A stretch of 64,000 bases of DNA from Tubiluchus corallicola (taxonomy: Eukaryota; Animalia; Priapulida): contig JAQGDQ010002374.1 in NCBI GenBank assembly GCA_030141605.1, positions 62,001 through 126,000 on the forward strand. The letters are read 5' to 3'. The notes below the pieces were generated by a model, which worked only from the letters and a program-made list of their open reading frames with translations, was not told where the DNA came from and searched no databases. Position 1 is the stretch's first letter; each line of letters opens with the position of its first letter. Of this stretch, positions 1 through 11,339 are shown in pieces. The position numbers were made by a program, and so were the translations under genes.

Positions 1-413
1 TTAAGTGGGTAACATATTTTACTAAAGAGATGCTATTTTATGATGTTTCATTTTTACCACTTGATGATAGTGCACTATGCTTGTCGTGCCATTCCAAGAA
101 AGTTTACCACATTAGTGTCACCAAATACTAAAATGCTGAGTCATTTAAAATGTGAGGCAATCTGTCGGTTGGTTTGTGGATCTTGGAATTATTTACATAA
201 TGTAACCTGCAATCAAGAAAAACTAATATAAATTCTACTGCTTTACTGTGTATTACAAAAATGACAAATTCAGTGCATGTCTATTGAACTCCAATTTCTC
301 TTTTTCATCTTTTCTGGAGTTGTAAAAATTAAAACAGGCACCGCTAATATTTTCAGATCGGTGACGTCTTTTTAGTTTGATTCCATTTTGATGGAATTTC
401 ATTTTATTTGCAG

Positions 414-511
414 TTCAATTGAACCGATTCTTCGCTTGGTTCATTGTGATGAAACACCTCAAGCTCAACTTTGGGCATTGTTGACTCTTGCCAATTTTAC
501 AAAAGTTGATC
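414..511 (+). CDS. ZER1: Penultimate exon of a ZER1/ZYG11-family (CRL2 substrate receptor) gene
   Basis: Bounded by ttttatttgcag| and |gtgagt. Translates SIEPILRLVHCDETPQAQLWALLTLANFTKVD, resembling the ZER1 C-terminal SFEPILRLL...QHWATWALYNL segment. Ends in phase 1, matching the next exon. Confidence 0.75.
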
Positions 512-843
512 GTGAGTGTTAATGAAATTAATTAATGCTTGACTTTTTGTAAAATTACAGTCTGTTTTTGCTTGGTAATATTGATTACACTTATCTTTTA
601 ATTTTGATATTAAAATAAAATGAAAATCTGTTACTACACCTCAAAGTGAATTAAGTTTGGAAATTGTCTGTTTTCTGTGTGTGATGTTTTAACTCCCCTA
701 GCATTTCTGTTAAGGTTAGCCTTTCTATATTACTGTGACTACTCTTTCATTCTGATCCATATTAACATTACAGCCAACTACTGTTGTTGTTTAATTAGAT
801 TATAGACAGCTCTTTGTTGATTAAGTTGTGTTTTGCATTGCAG

Positions 844-1082
844 CTAGCAACTATTGCGGATTGATTAAAGCCGAAGGTGGATTGGAGCTGCTGGATGCAC
901 TGATACGTCATCCGGCTGCATACAGTCACATAAAGCGACTTGCTCGCATTATTCTGGCTAATTATCGTGCATATTGGGATTTAACTGATCAAAATAGTGT
1001 AAGTGCATTAGATTATCCATTCAGTGAGTCCCGTAACACTATTAAGAAGTGTTGCTTAATGCCTGTTCACAACTGTCAATGA
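844..1082 (+). CDS. ZER1: Terminal coding exon of the ZER1/ZYG11-family gene
   Basis: Acceptor ttttgcattgcag at 843. Spliced frame gives PSNYCGLIKAEGGLELLDALIRHPAAYSHIKRLARIIL (cf. ZER1 PDKYCPLLIKEGG...). TGA at 1080-1082; AATAAA near 1797 and 1923. Confidence 0.75.
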
Positions 1083-2440
1083 ACCTCCTGTCACTGACAG
1101 CTGTTATCAACTATCCTGTCCTAACCAAAGGCTACATTATGTGCTAAAATGTGTTTAAAAGGCTATCAAGGCTATCCTTCTAAGACGAGGCACTAAACCA
1201 GCAGAGGTGTTTTTGTCACATTCGGAATACGTCATGTGTCATCATGTTAGTACATCATGCATCAACAAAATAAACATCCAGAGACAGTAAGGTGAATGAA
1301 TTGAGTGAGTGTTGGACCCGATGGTCACAGATACTTGTACTGAACAGGATCAGTGATGCTTAACTGACAATGTTGTTAAACTGGCAGTTGTTAAACAATC
1401 GGCTGTTATTTGAAACTATTCATTGTGTTTGTTGCTTTTTCACTTTTTTTGCTCGTCATTAGTACTGGCTCTATAGCTTGTTCAATGATGTTTTCATTAT
1501 CAAATATATCTATTAATTTAAAGGACAAGAAAAGGGGTGCCTAAAGTAGGTTTCACAAAAATGGTCTTAAAAATTGTATTAGTTTGAATCAAATTTAATG
1601 CGTATATCGTATTCGGCATCATGTACGCTATACATGAAACAAAAAAAGATGTAAAGGATAGAAGGGGTTTGCTTCATCATTGCTCTGCACATTCATGCTA
1701 TTATTTTAATAATCCAGAGGTTACTGTTTCGAATACAGGGTAATGCCCACTTTTTTACTTTACAGTTTTCTTTCAAGTTCAGTTGAGGTGTGACTGAATA
1801 AAGTGTCATACTCAATGACTGAAAATGTCATAAATAATTTACTGTCATGGTGTCCGAGAGTATAGATACTTTTTGCATTGATCTCACCATGCCTTGTTAT
1901 TTTGTAACTGTGTTTTCATTTCAATAAAATCGAAAGTTGACATTTCTTGACCAGACGGCTGTTGGTCTCAATCTGTAAAAAAACTGGCTCCATTATATCT
2001 GCTATGCATGAATACGTAGCATTCATTTCAGTTTTCAGGCCCTAGAGAAAATGCACATGACCTATATTCATCCACTCACTAGGCGTCGACTCCACATAGC
2101 AATATACGCAGAAACTGTGACCCGAGTTCAACGTATTTAGCTAATAGGGTAAAGCCAATGGAACTCGGGGACGCCTGCCCATTTGTGACCTTTGACATCT
2201 TTCACAGCTTTGGCCTGTGGCGATCGGGTCACATTCAAAGCTAAATAAACACCACGAGAGACAAAAATAAAAAAGTATAAAAGGTCAAAATGGACATAAT
2301 AAAAATTCGGGTAAATCAAGAAGATACTGCTTTGCAGCAATTTCTCAAAAAAAACAATTTGTAGAAAGTTTGCACATTATTTGTCATCAGCAGATGGGTC
2401 TAACATGTTTGTCTTTGCACAGGCAAATGTTCACCAGACT

Positions 2441-2455
2441 ATGCAGATTGAGACG
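2441..2455 (+). CDS. Putative first coding exon (MQIET) of the ANK-cGLR gene
   Basis: Acceptor tctttgcacag at 2422, then ATG CAG ATT GAG ACG and GT at 2456. Phase 0 joins the acceptor at 2666 in frame. Confidence 0.45.
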
Positions 2456-2666
2456 GTGTAAATTTCAGTATCTTATTAATGCTTTTCACTCCAGCTAATC
2501 AAAATAGTCAAAAACAAAGTGGAAGAAAGCTTTAATTTTTCAAACTTTGAACTTTTTTGATTTAAACTCAAGTCACAATGACTGATCACTAAAAATTTAA
2601 CAATTTGCAAAAATTGCAGGTCAAAACTTAGTTTCTATAATTTCTCTGATTTTAAACTGGTTTCAG

Positions 2667-5192
2667 ATCGATGAGAGAGACGAAAATGGTTGGACAAAAC
2701 TCTATGGAGCAGTAAGGCTTAATAATGCTGAGCAAGTAAAACGGTTAATAAAAGATCGTGCTGATGTCAATGTTAAAGATGAAGATGGAGGCACAGCATT
2801 GATGTGGGCAGTCTGGGAAGATAATGAACACATTGTTAGTTTGCTACTAGAAGCAGGTGCAGATCCTAACTTGACTAACAATCGTGGTATTACAGCATTG
2901 ATGGATGCAGCCAGGAATGATAATGAACTCCTTGTTAGTTTGCTACTAGAAGCAGGTGCAGATCCTAACTTGACTAACAATGATGGTAGTACAGCTTTGA
3001 TGCTTGCAGCCAGGAAAGATAAAGAACGCAATGTTAGTTTGCTACTAGAAGCAGGTGCACATCCTAATTTGACTGACAATCGTGGTTGGACAGCGTTGAT
3101 GCATGCAGCCATGAATGGTAAAGAACGCAATGTTAGTTTGCTACTAGAAGCAGGTGCACATCCTAACTTGACTGACAATGATGGTCAGACAGCATTGATG
3201 TTTGCAGTCTGGGAAGATAAAGAACTCAGTGTTAGTTTGCTACTAGAAGCAGGTGCACATCCTAACTTGACTGACAATGATGGTAGAACAGCATTGATGG
3301 ATGCAGCCAGGAATGATAAAGAACTCAGTGTTAGTTTGCTACTAGAAGCAGGTGCACATCCTAACTTGACTGACAATGATGGTAGAACAGCATTGATGGA
3401 TGCAGCCATGAATGGTAAAGAACGCAATGTTAGTTTGCTACTAGAAGCAGGTGCACATCCTAACTTGACTGACAATGATGGTCAGACAGCATTGATGTTT
3501 GCAGTCTGGGAAGATAATGAACGCATTGTTAGTTTGCTACTAGAAGCAGGTGCACATCCTAACTTGACTGACAATGATGGTCAGACAGCATTGATGTTTG
3601 CAGTCTGGGAAGATAAAGAACGCATTGTTCGTTTGCTACTAGAAGCAGGTGCAGATCCTAACTTGACTGACAATGATGGTTGGACCACACTGCATTCTGC
3701 TGCTGATTATGAAGTAACTTTGGAATCAGGAGTGGTGCAATCATTAATGAAACATGGCGTTGATATTAACAAAGTAGACAATTCTGGCAAGACTGCAGTG
3801 CAGTTGTACATTGAAAAAGCAACAAATGAAACCCTAAACAAAGAACTACGAGAGACTATTGGTTATCTGCTAACATGTCTGTATGTAACAGCCAATAAAA
3901 AGACTGAGTACGATAGCCAGTTTATTACATTTAAAACGAAATGCATTAATTTGTTACGAGAGGAAGACTTGGATCATAAATCGGTGAAAGAAGTACTTGA
4001 GCTCCCTGGCATAGGACGTCTTCCACCAACCCATGAAAATCATGTTATCAGAACAAAAATTGAAGCCTTAGCTGCCAGAGTATGTACTAAGTTGGGAGAA
4101 ATGGATGAAAGGTTTGATTCTTTCTACAAGCTAGTAGACAGCAGCGCTTGTGGAATCAAAGCTGGGTTACCGGATGAATTTGATTTTTTCATCATCTTGA
4201 AAAGCTTATGCGAGGGTCTGAATGTCGAAGAAACCGACAAAGCAGGATATGTAAAAATTACGTTAGGTGACAAAGCAATGAGAATGTTTCCCGAGTTTGT
4301 TGAAAATGGCAGGTTTTCTTTTGACAAGTTCAAGAGCTATTTTACTATTCTTTTATCCCGGGCTATGAATGCAATTTTCCTGGAAGACTCGGAAATAACG
4401 GAATCTTTCAAGTTCGATAAGGTAGTGTGGAATAAGGTTTGTACTTGCTTCAAACTGATGTACATCTGGAGGCTACCTGGAGGCTGTTACGATGCACCAC
4501 TACCTATCTCATTAGACATGACACCTGCTATAGAAGTACCAGGAAAACCGGCAGGGATGTTGACATCATGTGACCCCGGCTCAGTTACCTCTTATCACCT
4601 TGTATTTAAGCCATGTCCTGATGCAGAGCAAAATTACTGTGCCGTATCTATGGCTGTGTATGAAAGTCAACTTGTTGGAAACATGAGTGAGCATAAGAAA
4701 GAAGGAATAATTCTGGCAAAAGCTTTGCTCAATGATGACCTTTATTCCAAGCAAGCGGAAACCATTGAGAACCTAAGGCTAAAATATTCCAAGGACGATG
4801 TCATGCGTGCCATTTATACGCTGAAATTCCATCCCAGCCTCCTGATAGATTCTTACGTAGTGAAAACAGCTTCAATTCATGAAGCCAGCTGCCATCAGGA
4901 TGACTCTCACTGGAAAGGCAATGAAGTTTTGAATCCAGTTTTAGGCATATTTACCTACATTTCAGACTGCTGCAAAAAAAAGCACATGCGTCACCACCTT
5001 CTTGAAGATGTAAATGTTCTTCAAGAACATGCCATTAAGCGTATTGGTGATATGTCTCTTCTGTATTTGATGAGCATATGCGCAGAAGATATATGTGCTC
5101 ATGTCAGAAAAGATGCTGTACCAGCTAACCTTGGGGATTTCAACTGGGAGCAACTTCATCAGTGGTCTCATGCACGGTTGAGATTTGTGCAG
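2667..5192 (+). CDS. Main exon of an ankyrin-repeat cGAS-like receptor (ANK + Mab-21/cGAS nucleotidyltransferase)
   Basis: Acceptor ggtttcag at 2666; open frame from IDERDENGWTKLYGAV through about 12 ankyrin repeats. NTase motif LVDSSACGIKAGLPDEFDFFIIL, third acidic strand ISLDMTPAIEV, and Mab-21 C-terminal helices (AVYESQLV...IILAKAL, IDSYVVKTA, HMRHHLLEDVNVL). Donor cag|gtattt at 5192/5193 (phase 0). Confidence 0.88.
2781..3671 (+). repeat. Nine near-identical 99-bp coding tandem repeats (internal ankyrin repeats)
   Basis: Units start at 2781, 2880, 2979, 3078, 3177, 3276, 3375, 3474 and 3573. Core gttagtttgctactagaagcaggtgca(g/c)atcctaacttgact is essentially invariant. Confidence 0.97.
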
Positions 5193-5635
5193 GTATTTTA
5201 TAGATTATTAGCAACATTAGTGTTTTTAGATCATTTCAAACTTTTGCTTGCATTGTTAACATTTCTGCATTTTTCACGTTTTAAATAATTTAAAATCTTC
5301 ATTGATTATTTTCAGTAAATCTGTTCTGCTACACAAGGTACATGCGGGAAATTTGTAAAATTGTTTTTCGTTTAATTTTTGAAAGACTAGAATAACATCT
5401 GTGCTGTTCTATGTGCAAAAAATTTATACTGGGTAGTGCAAAACAGAATCCCAACAGAGCAAGGCAGCATTGAATGGAAATTGTCTGAACAATATTTTGT
5501 AATGATTTCTTCTGTATTATTAACCTTTGCCTTCGTACCCCAAACTAGCAAAGGTTCTTTACCATCCTGCACACAGTGGAAGAGATTTTCATGTTATGTA
5601 TTATGATCAATAATGCTAAAATTCTTGGTTAAATG

Positions 5636-5834
5636 TACGACTTCATGTGCTCGTAATGTGTGTTGCGTGATCCCTAATACGAGATGCGTTTACAACAATT
5701 ACATTTAAACACGTGGAAATGCTTCAATGTGTACTTATTACTTAATACATCATCCAAATGCGTGATGCGTACTCACACAATGCGATGGCTATCGTCTGAA
5801 TACGCATCACGCATTACGAGCACATGTAGTCGTA
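5636..5834. mobile_element. Palindromic MITE (possibly PIF/Harbinger-like), copy 1
   Basis: About 33-bp terminal inverted repeats tacgacttcatgtgctcgtaatgtgtgttgcgt / acgcatcacgcattacgagcacatgtagtcgta; no ORF. Confidence 0.7.
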
Positions 5835-6375
5835 GCTTTACAGAGTAAAACTAATAATTTTTAATTCCGCTCCATTGTTAGAATTGGTATGACTCCATAC
5901 TGATTTTGTGTACCATTGTACATAATGGCATGGCCTTTGGGAAAATTACACTAAAAAAAACTAAAATTAGCTCTGATTTGCCGAAAAAAAATCCTATTTT
6001 TACGTTTGACAAAAATGGGTTCAATTTGTTAATAGGTTATATTTTCGTGTTGTACAGTTGTTGTTTTTTAAAGATATTGTTTAAATTATTTAAAAATCTT
6101 TCGAAATGTCTAAAACAGCTGCTATGAAAGATAGTTTGTTTCCATGTGTTACAAATGAATGTAACTTTTGCTAAACTTTTACACTATTATCAAGATCTTA
6201 GTAAAATCTCTTTTTGCCAAGTCATTGTGCCACATACATGATGGAGAGGGATTGGCAGCAAGAGCTTTCATTACTGTGTCAAAAAGTTGTTTTAGACGTT
6301 TAATTTTAGGCAGTTTGACATGTTTTCATTTCTAAAATAATTGCTTTTCTGTCAGCTGTCAAATCTAGTTTAAAA

Positions 6376-6984
6376 TCTTATCACCTTGTATTTAAGCCAT
6401 GTCCTGATGCAGAGCAAAATTACTGTGCCGTATCTATGGCTGTGCATGAAAGTCAACTTGTTGGAAACATGAGTGAGCATAAGAAAGAAGGAATAATTCT
6501 GGCAAAAGCTTTGCTCAATGATGACCTTTATTCCAAGCAAGCGGAAACCATTGAGAACCTAAGGCTAAAATATTCCAAGGACGATGTCATGCTCGCCATT
6601 TATACGCTGAAATTCCATCCCAGCCTCCTGATAGATTCTTACGTAGTGAAAACAGCTTCAATTCATGAAGCCAGCTGCCATCAGGATGACTCTCACTGGA
6701 AAGGCAATGAAGTTTTGAATCGAGTTTTAGGCATATTTACCTACATTTTAGAATGCTGCAAAGAAAAGCACATGCCTCACCACTTTCTTCAAGGTGTAAA
6801 TGTACTTGAAGAACATGCCAAGAAGCATATTCGTGTTGATGGTGTGTCTCTTTTGGATTTGATGAGCATATGCGCAGAAGGCATTTGTACTCATGTCAGA
6901 AAAGACGCTGTACCAGCTAACCTTGGGGTTCCCAATTGGGAGCAACTTGATCAGTGGTCTCATGCACGGTTGGAATTTGTGCAG
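6376..6984 (+). pseudogene. Duplicated, diverged, still in-frame C-terminal half of the cGLR exon (intronic orphan copy)
   Basis: SYHLVFKPCPDAEQNYC...WSHARLEFVQ is open and ends at the same cag|gtattt donor. It lacks the ankyrin repeats and catalytic motifs, and no phase-0 acceptor was found at its 5' junction. Confidence 0.8.
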
Positions 6985-7429
6985 GTATTTTATAGATTAT
7001 TAGCAACATTAGTGTTTTAGATCATTTCAAACTTTTGCTTGCATTGATAAACTTTCAGCATTTTTCATGTTTTAAATGACTTAAAATCTTCATTGATTAT
7101 TTTCAGTAAATCTCTTCTGCTACACAAGGTACATGCGGGAAATCTGTAAAATTGTTTTTCGTTTATTTTTTGGAAGATTAAAATAACATCTGTGCTGCTC
7201 TACTTGCAAAACAATTATACTGGGTAGTGCAAAACAGAATCCCAACTGAACAAGTCAGCATTGAATGGAAATTGCCTGAACAATATTTTGTAATGATTTC
7301 TACTGTATTATTAACCTTTGCCTTCGTACCCCACACTAGCAAAGGTTATTTACCATCCTGCACACAGTGGAAGAGATTTTCATGTTATGATGTATTATGA
7401 TCAATAATGCTAAAATTCTTCGTTAAATG

Positions 7430-7623
7430 TACGACTTCATGTGCTCGTAATGTGTGATGCGTGATCCCTAATACGAGATGCGTTTACAACAATTACATTT
7501 AAACACGTGGAAATGCTTCAATGTGTACTTAATACGTAATCCGTAATGCATAGTGCGTACTCACCCGAATGTGAAGGCTATCGTCTGAATACGCATCACA
7601 CATTACGAGCACATGTAGTCGTA
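7430..7623. mobile_element. Palindromic MITE, copy 2 (carried by the tandem duplication)
   Basis: Same TIRs and flanks as 5636-5834. Confidence 0.7.
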
Positions 7624-8241
7624 GCTTTACAGAGTAAAACCAATAATTTTTAATTCCGCTGCATTGTTAGAATTGGTATGACTCCATACTGATTTTGTGT
7701 ACCATTGTACATAATGGCATGGCCTTTGGGAAAATTAAACTAAAAAAACTAAAATTAGCTCTGATTTGCGGAAAAAAATCCTAATTTTACGATTGTCAAA
7801 AACAGATTCAATTTGTAAATACGTTATATTTTCGTGTTGTACAGTTGTTATTTTTTAAATATATTGTTTGAATTATTTAAAAATCTTTCGAACTGTCTAA
7901 AACATCTGCTATGAAAGATAGTCTGTTTCCAAGTGTTACAAATGAATGTAACTTTTGCTAAACTTTTACACTGTTATCAAAATCTTAGTAAAATGTCTTT
8001 TTGCCAAGTCGTTGTGCCACATACATGATGGAGAGGGATTGGCAGCAAGAGCTTTCATTACTATGTTAAAAAGTTGTTTTAGACGTTTAATTTTAGACAG
8101 TTTGACATGCTTTCATTTCAGAAATAATTGTTATTCTGTCAGCTGTAAAGTCTAGTTTAAAATCTTTCTGTGAACAAAGAATATTGTCCTCTGTTACAAA
8201 GTTATATATTGTTGTTTTCAATTTTAATTCTTTTATTTCAG

Positions 8242-8379
8242 ATGTATGTGCTCTGCAATGATGAGGCATGGTTAGATGCCGGTCACGAGCAAAGAATGTT
8301 ACGTTTGCTTAAAAGGCTCCATGAGTTGCGTTTTTCAGAACCAACTGTAGGTCTAATTAACTGGAACTTCTTATCCAAG
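8242..8379 (+). CDS. Putative exon 3 of the ANK-cGLR gene
   Basis: ttttatttcag| MYVLCNDEAWLDAGHEQRMLRLLKRLHELRFSEPTVGLINWNFLSK |gtttgt. 138 bp, phase 0/0, compatible with the 5192 donor. Confidence 0.6.
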
Positions 8380-8767
8380 GTTTGTATAAGAGTTTTGTAG
8401 TAAATTTACAGTTTTGTAATAATATTTGTGCAGCAATATTGAGACATATTTAAGGCAGCAATGTTTAAATTCCAGACACGAGCAAGTAATACTACGTTTC
8501 CTTAAAAGGCTCCATGGTTTGTTACTTGTAGAACCACGTCTATCTCCTATTTTTTTTAACAGGCGCATCTTATGTGAGTTTTGTGGAAGAGTTTTGTAAT
8601 AAATTCTCATGCACAAGAATTGTTGGCCAATTTGGAAATTGCTATATATTTGGTCTTTTTAATTGATTTGTTCATTTTGCAAGCTGCACTGCTAAAAGTA
8701 AAGGTGGCCATTTTGTTATTACATTCCACAATCTGTTTTCTGCTAGTCAAGAATTACTTTGTTTTAG

Positions 8768-8814
8768 GTGGAGCGGAAGTACCGCAACAATGATGAAATT
8801 CAAGACCTTACAAG
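8768..8814 (+). CDS. Putative exon 4 of the ANK-cGLR gene
   Basis: tttgttttag| VERKYRNNDEIQDLT(R) |gtatga; phase 0 in, phase 2 out. Confidence 0.5.
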
Positions 8815-10705
8815 GTATGAAATAACAGTAACTATAAATGTAGATCACATGTCAGAAATCTGCTATAAGCATCAGGTTTATACACCTTTTTTCTGTAACT
8901 CGACCATTACAACGGCTGTTGATGATAACAATATGGCAGTTATTTATTGCTTACGTTTTGAGACTTGCATCATCATCAGTGCACATTCACAAGTCATCTA
9001 GAAATGTACGTTAGATTATAAAGCAGTGAATGCTACTGTATTATCTATATTGTAAAAGAGCCTGTTAATGATGCAAATTTCCAATGAAACGTAAACAATA
9101 AAGCAGGGCCATTTTGTTGTCGAGAATAACCACTGAGTTTTGACCAGTCGAAAATATTTTCATTCTTTGAAACTATTTTTATTCTTTGAAATTATTGCTG
9201 TGAAGCCCTCCACTGGGAGCCACCAGGCGGTTCAGGGACTCGAAGACGGCTGAGCAGTCAGCCTTCTTATGACCGTGCTGCAGGTGGGAGTGCAGAAGAA
9301 AGAAAGATAAAAGATTATTAAGTAGGATCAAACTATGACATATCTATGAAAATGACAGCCACTGCTAGGCATTGGAAAGAGTAACACACATGATGGATGT
9401 GACAATCACGACAAAGACGTAGAAATCTACGTGCTCACTTCTTTTATAGCAAATGGTGTGCATGCGCAAGCCAATTCTTAATAAACTTGCCCGCAACAAC
9501 ATTAATTTTAACGATTTAATTGAATGCTTTTAACTTTTCAACTTTATGTAAAAAATGAATTTTCTAAAAAATAGGCGGAGAGCAAAACTTGGGCGACTGA
9601 ATGACCAAATGCCTTCAGTGATTTTCAAATTTTCTACCCAAATAATCACTAAATAGAGTTTTATTTGTAGCAGTTTTTTAAATGTATGTACTTTTACTTT
9701 TATATCGAAAACAAGACAAGTAATTAAAGTATTCGCATAATTACTGATGAATATTACATTTTTACAATAATAATATCTACAATGACGATAAAACAAGAGT
9801 AATTAGTACATGTTTATAATAAACAGAAACAAAACTACAATACGTCTAAATTACAACATGATTACTTTATGACAAGTCTAATACAAAAAGACTTTAGACA
9901 TACCTATTATACTGTACTCATGGTCATCCTCAAGCAATGGGGCAAAGGTAGCGATTGTGACTCATGGCTAGCTATGGCTTTGGCACAGAAAAAATGCTAT
10001 ACGTATAGATCTATGAAGGAAGCCTAAGTCAGCGTATTATATAGACTTGAATGATTACGATGTAAATTTAACATTACGCTTTTACATTCAAGAACTAGTT
10101 TGCAAGGACAGATCCATGTAAACAGGGTAAAAAAACACATTAGCTCTAGATATGCTATACTCGCGTGGTTCTCGAGAGGTGCATTATTGAAAATCAAAAT
10201 GTTGATTGTTGGGTTTATTTTCTTTTTGTTTCCGTGTAATATACATTTATATTATTGTATTTCTCAAATGGGTTATGAGAAATGGTAAAGTGAGCCCACA
10301 GTTATTGATTTCTTGAATTAACTGAAATGAAGGAAGTGTGAGTTTATTCCATATTAATCAGGAATCTTGAAATCAAGATGATAAATTATCACTTAATCGC
10401 CCATGGACTTTTCAGCCTGTAAAATAATTACAACAACATATTCTGATTAGCTATTCTAATTTTGCGGGTTAATTGGTAAACAATTCGTATTGACAATCCC
10501 GATTTGCTATGATCCAAGTGTGAAAATTGCACATGGTTTCCACACATGTGCTTTTCATGCTTATATATATGTAAATTATAATGATAGTGGTTTGTGTTAC
10601 AACTTTTCCATACAGAAGTGATGTTCCTTTTTCTTACTATATTCTTTCATTGGCTACGACTTGCCTAATGTTAATAATGCATTTGATTGTTTTCTGATAT
10701 TTTAG

Positions 10706-10778
10706 AAAAATTGCAAAAATACTGGATACTGATACGGATACAGATACTGATACGGAGACGGACGAAGAAGACCAATGA
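10706..10778 (+). CDS. Putative last exon of the ANK-cGLR gene (acidic DT-repeat tail)
   Basis: gatattttag| phase-2 join gives RKIAKILDTDTDTDTDTETDEEDQ*. AATAAA at 10802-10807. Confidence 0.5.
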
Positions 10779-11339
10779 CACTAGCTGAGTTGACTTCAGC
10801 AAATAAATGGTATAAATTATCTCGCTTGGCAAAAACAACAACTTATGTTTATATATTTATAATTAACTAACTTTACATGGTAAAAGTAACTAATAGATCG
10901 CAAGGGTTAAATGCTATTCTAATTTTTAGCTTTTGAAAGTACCTTGTGAATAGGAGATTTCTTTTAAATCGTCTAAAACTAAGAGTTCTACATTAAACTG
11001 GATGACAAAGTCAAGTCTACAAAATTTTAATGTGATTTTTTTTTGTTCTAGAATAGTTAAAAAACGCTTTTCATTCACGAAAAATCAAATGTTGGAAACA
11101 AATAATTCCAAATTCTAAATGGGTAAACTGTGTTTTTTTTATTATTTCAGAAGAATCTTTTCAACGATCCAAACAAAAATAACTGAGTGATTGCATAGCG
11201 AAATTAAGCTTTTCTAATTGTTCACATATCCTGAATTTCCATTTCACGAGGATCATTTTGATACCAAGCTCATTGTTCCATGTTATTGCTATACTGAGAT
11301 AATCCATGTTGAAGTTGAGGATCACACTGCACACGGAAA

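Larger units (their letters stand above)
4590..8166 (+). repeat. Direct tandem duplication of about 1.79 kb (3' part of the cGLR exon plus downstream intron)
   Basis: 4594-6379 matches 6380-8166. Shared TCTT microhomology at 4590-4593, 6376-6379 and 8163-8166. Confidence 0.93.

Noticed and set aside
2020-2040. ISRE-like tttcagttttc upstream of the cGLR
   Set aside because: Too short and degenerate to be significant in AT-rich DNA.
2702-3475. Minus-strand repetitive ORFs (158 aa, 96 aa)
   Set aside because: Antisense shadows of the ankyrin repeats.
2781-3671. CRISPR-like repeat/spacer appearance
   Set aside because: Units are 99-bp in-frame ankyrin codons in a spliced eukaryotic gene. The variable parts are homologous codons, not unique spacers, and there are no cas genes.
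5193-5288. Hydrophobic C-terminal tail suggesting a transmembrane anchor on the cGLR
   Set aside because: It follows a good splice donor, is T-rich like intron sequence, and is frameshifted in the duplicate copy; most likely intron read-through.
9199-9340. Possible solo LTR (TG...CA, GC-richer block)
   Set aside because: No TSD or second copy to support it.
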